In this document: positions 7,144 to 7,257 of the stretch, one piece after another
Numbering within the stretch: position 1 is the first letter of the stretch
How the letters are laid out: each line of letters opens with the position of its first letter
DNA from: Amoeboradix gromovi X-113
Lineage: Eukaryota; Fungi; Sanchytriomycota
DNA: 7,257 bases
Direction: 5' to 3'
Assembly: GCA_018985225.1 (NCBI GenBank)
Contig: JADGIF010000521.1
Location: 1-7,257 of the forward strand
Translations under genes and position numbers: made by a program
The notes under the pieces: generated by a model
The model's input: only the letters and a program-made list of their open reading frames with translations
The model's database searches: none
What the model was told of the DNA's origin: nothing

Positions 7144-7257
7144 TATATGGGACACACTCTGTAGAAAGTAGACTGGGGGTAAAAAGCGAGTGACGAGATT
7201 TACCCAGTTGAAGTTTTCACAGTAGTGTCCCATATTTCTTCACCTAGGCAATAGGCG
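7144..7257 (-). repeat. Right copy of a long inverted repeat (partner 78..191), truncated by the window end
   Basis: The reverse complement reads CGCCTATTGCCTAGGTGAAGAAATATGGGACACTACTGTGAAAACTTCAACTGGGTAAATCTCGTCACTCGCTTTTTACCCCCAGTC..., which matches 78 onward. Similarity is lost inward of about 7144/191. Confidence 0.97.
7145..7235 (-). other. Imperfect long hairpin inside the right repeat copy, closed by a perfect 11-bp inverted repeat
   Basis: ATATGGGACAC (7145..7155) and GTGTCCCATAT (7225..7235) are exact reverse complements. Inner arms CTGT/ACAG, ACTGGG/CCCAGT and TAAA/TTTA also pair. Confidence 0.8.

Noticed and set aside
7171-7215. Resemblance to the 5' half of a TPP riboswitch (GGGG...GAGA...TACCC...TGAA)
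   Set aside because: It has CGAGA rather than CUGAGA, lacks the P4/P5 CUGAU...UAAU...GCG region, and has no thiamine gene nearby.
7145-7257. Scattered resemblance to fungal 5S rRNA, the U5 loop or a hammerhead ribozyme
   Set aside because: Only short words match (AGAAAG, AGTAGTGT, GCTTTTTAC on the other strand, and GCGAAAC only via the left copy's flank). Spacing and helices do not fit, and there is no CUGANGA core.
1-7257. Bacterial operon, prophage, CRISPR array or autonomous transposon
   Set aside because: The five-domain fusion and SET/NLS-like protein are eukaryotic features. No spaced direct repeats and no transposase, integrase or viral hallmark ORFs were seen.

Overview
AT-rich eukaryotic, most likely fungal, DNA. 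It carries one intronless pentafunctional AROM gene (ARO1/aroM: DHQ synthase, EPSP synthase, shikimate kinase, type I DHQase, shikimate dehydrogenase; 865..5319, about 1484 aa from the first ATG). A candidate Gcn4/CpcA site lies about 65 bp upstream of it. Downstream is a 354-aa ORF (5766..6830) that looks like a highly divergent, possibly inactive SET-domain protein with a Set9/Suv4-20-like C-terminal Cys/His-WP motif, and its 5' end is uncertain. The most notable unexplained feature is that both genes are enclosed by two inverted copies of a repeat of at least 114 bp (78..191 and 7144..7257, 106/114 identical, right copy cut off by the window end). Each copy folds into a short hairpin plus a roughly 91-nt imperfect hairpin. 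This could be the termini of a cargo-carrying element, a dispersed MITE-like family, or a multicopy structured ncRNA. No transposase, tRNA, rRNA or CRISPR array could be supported.
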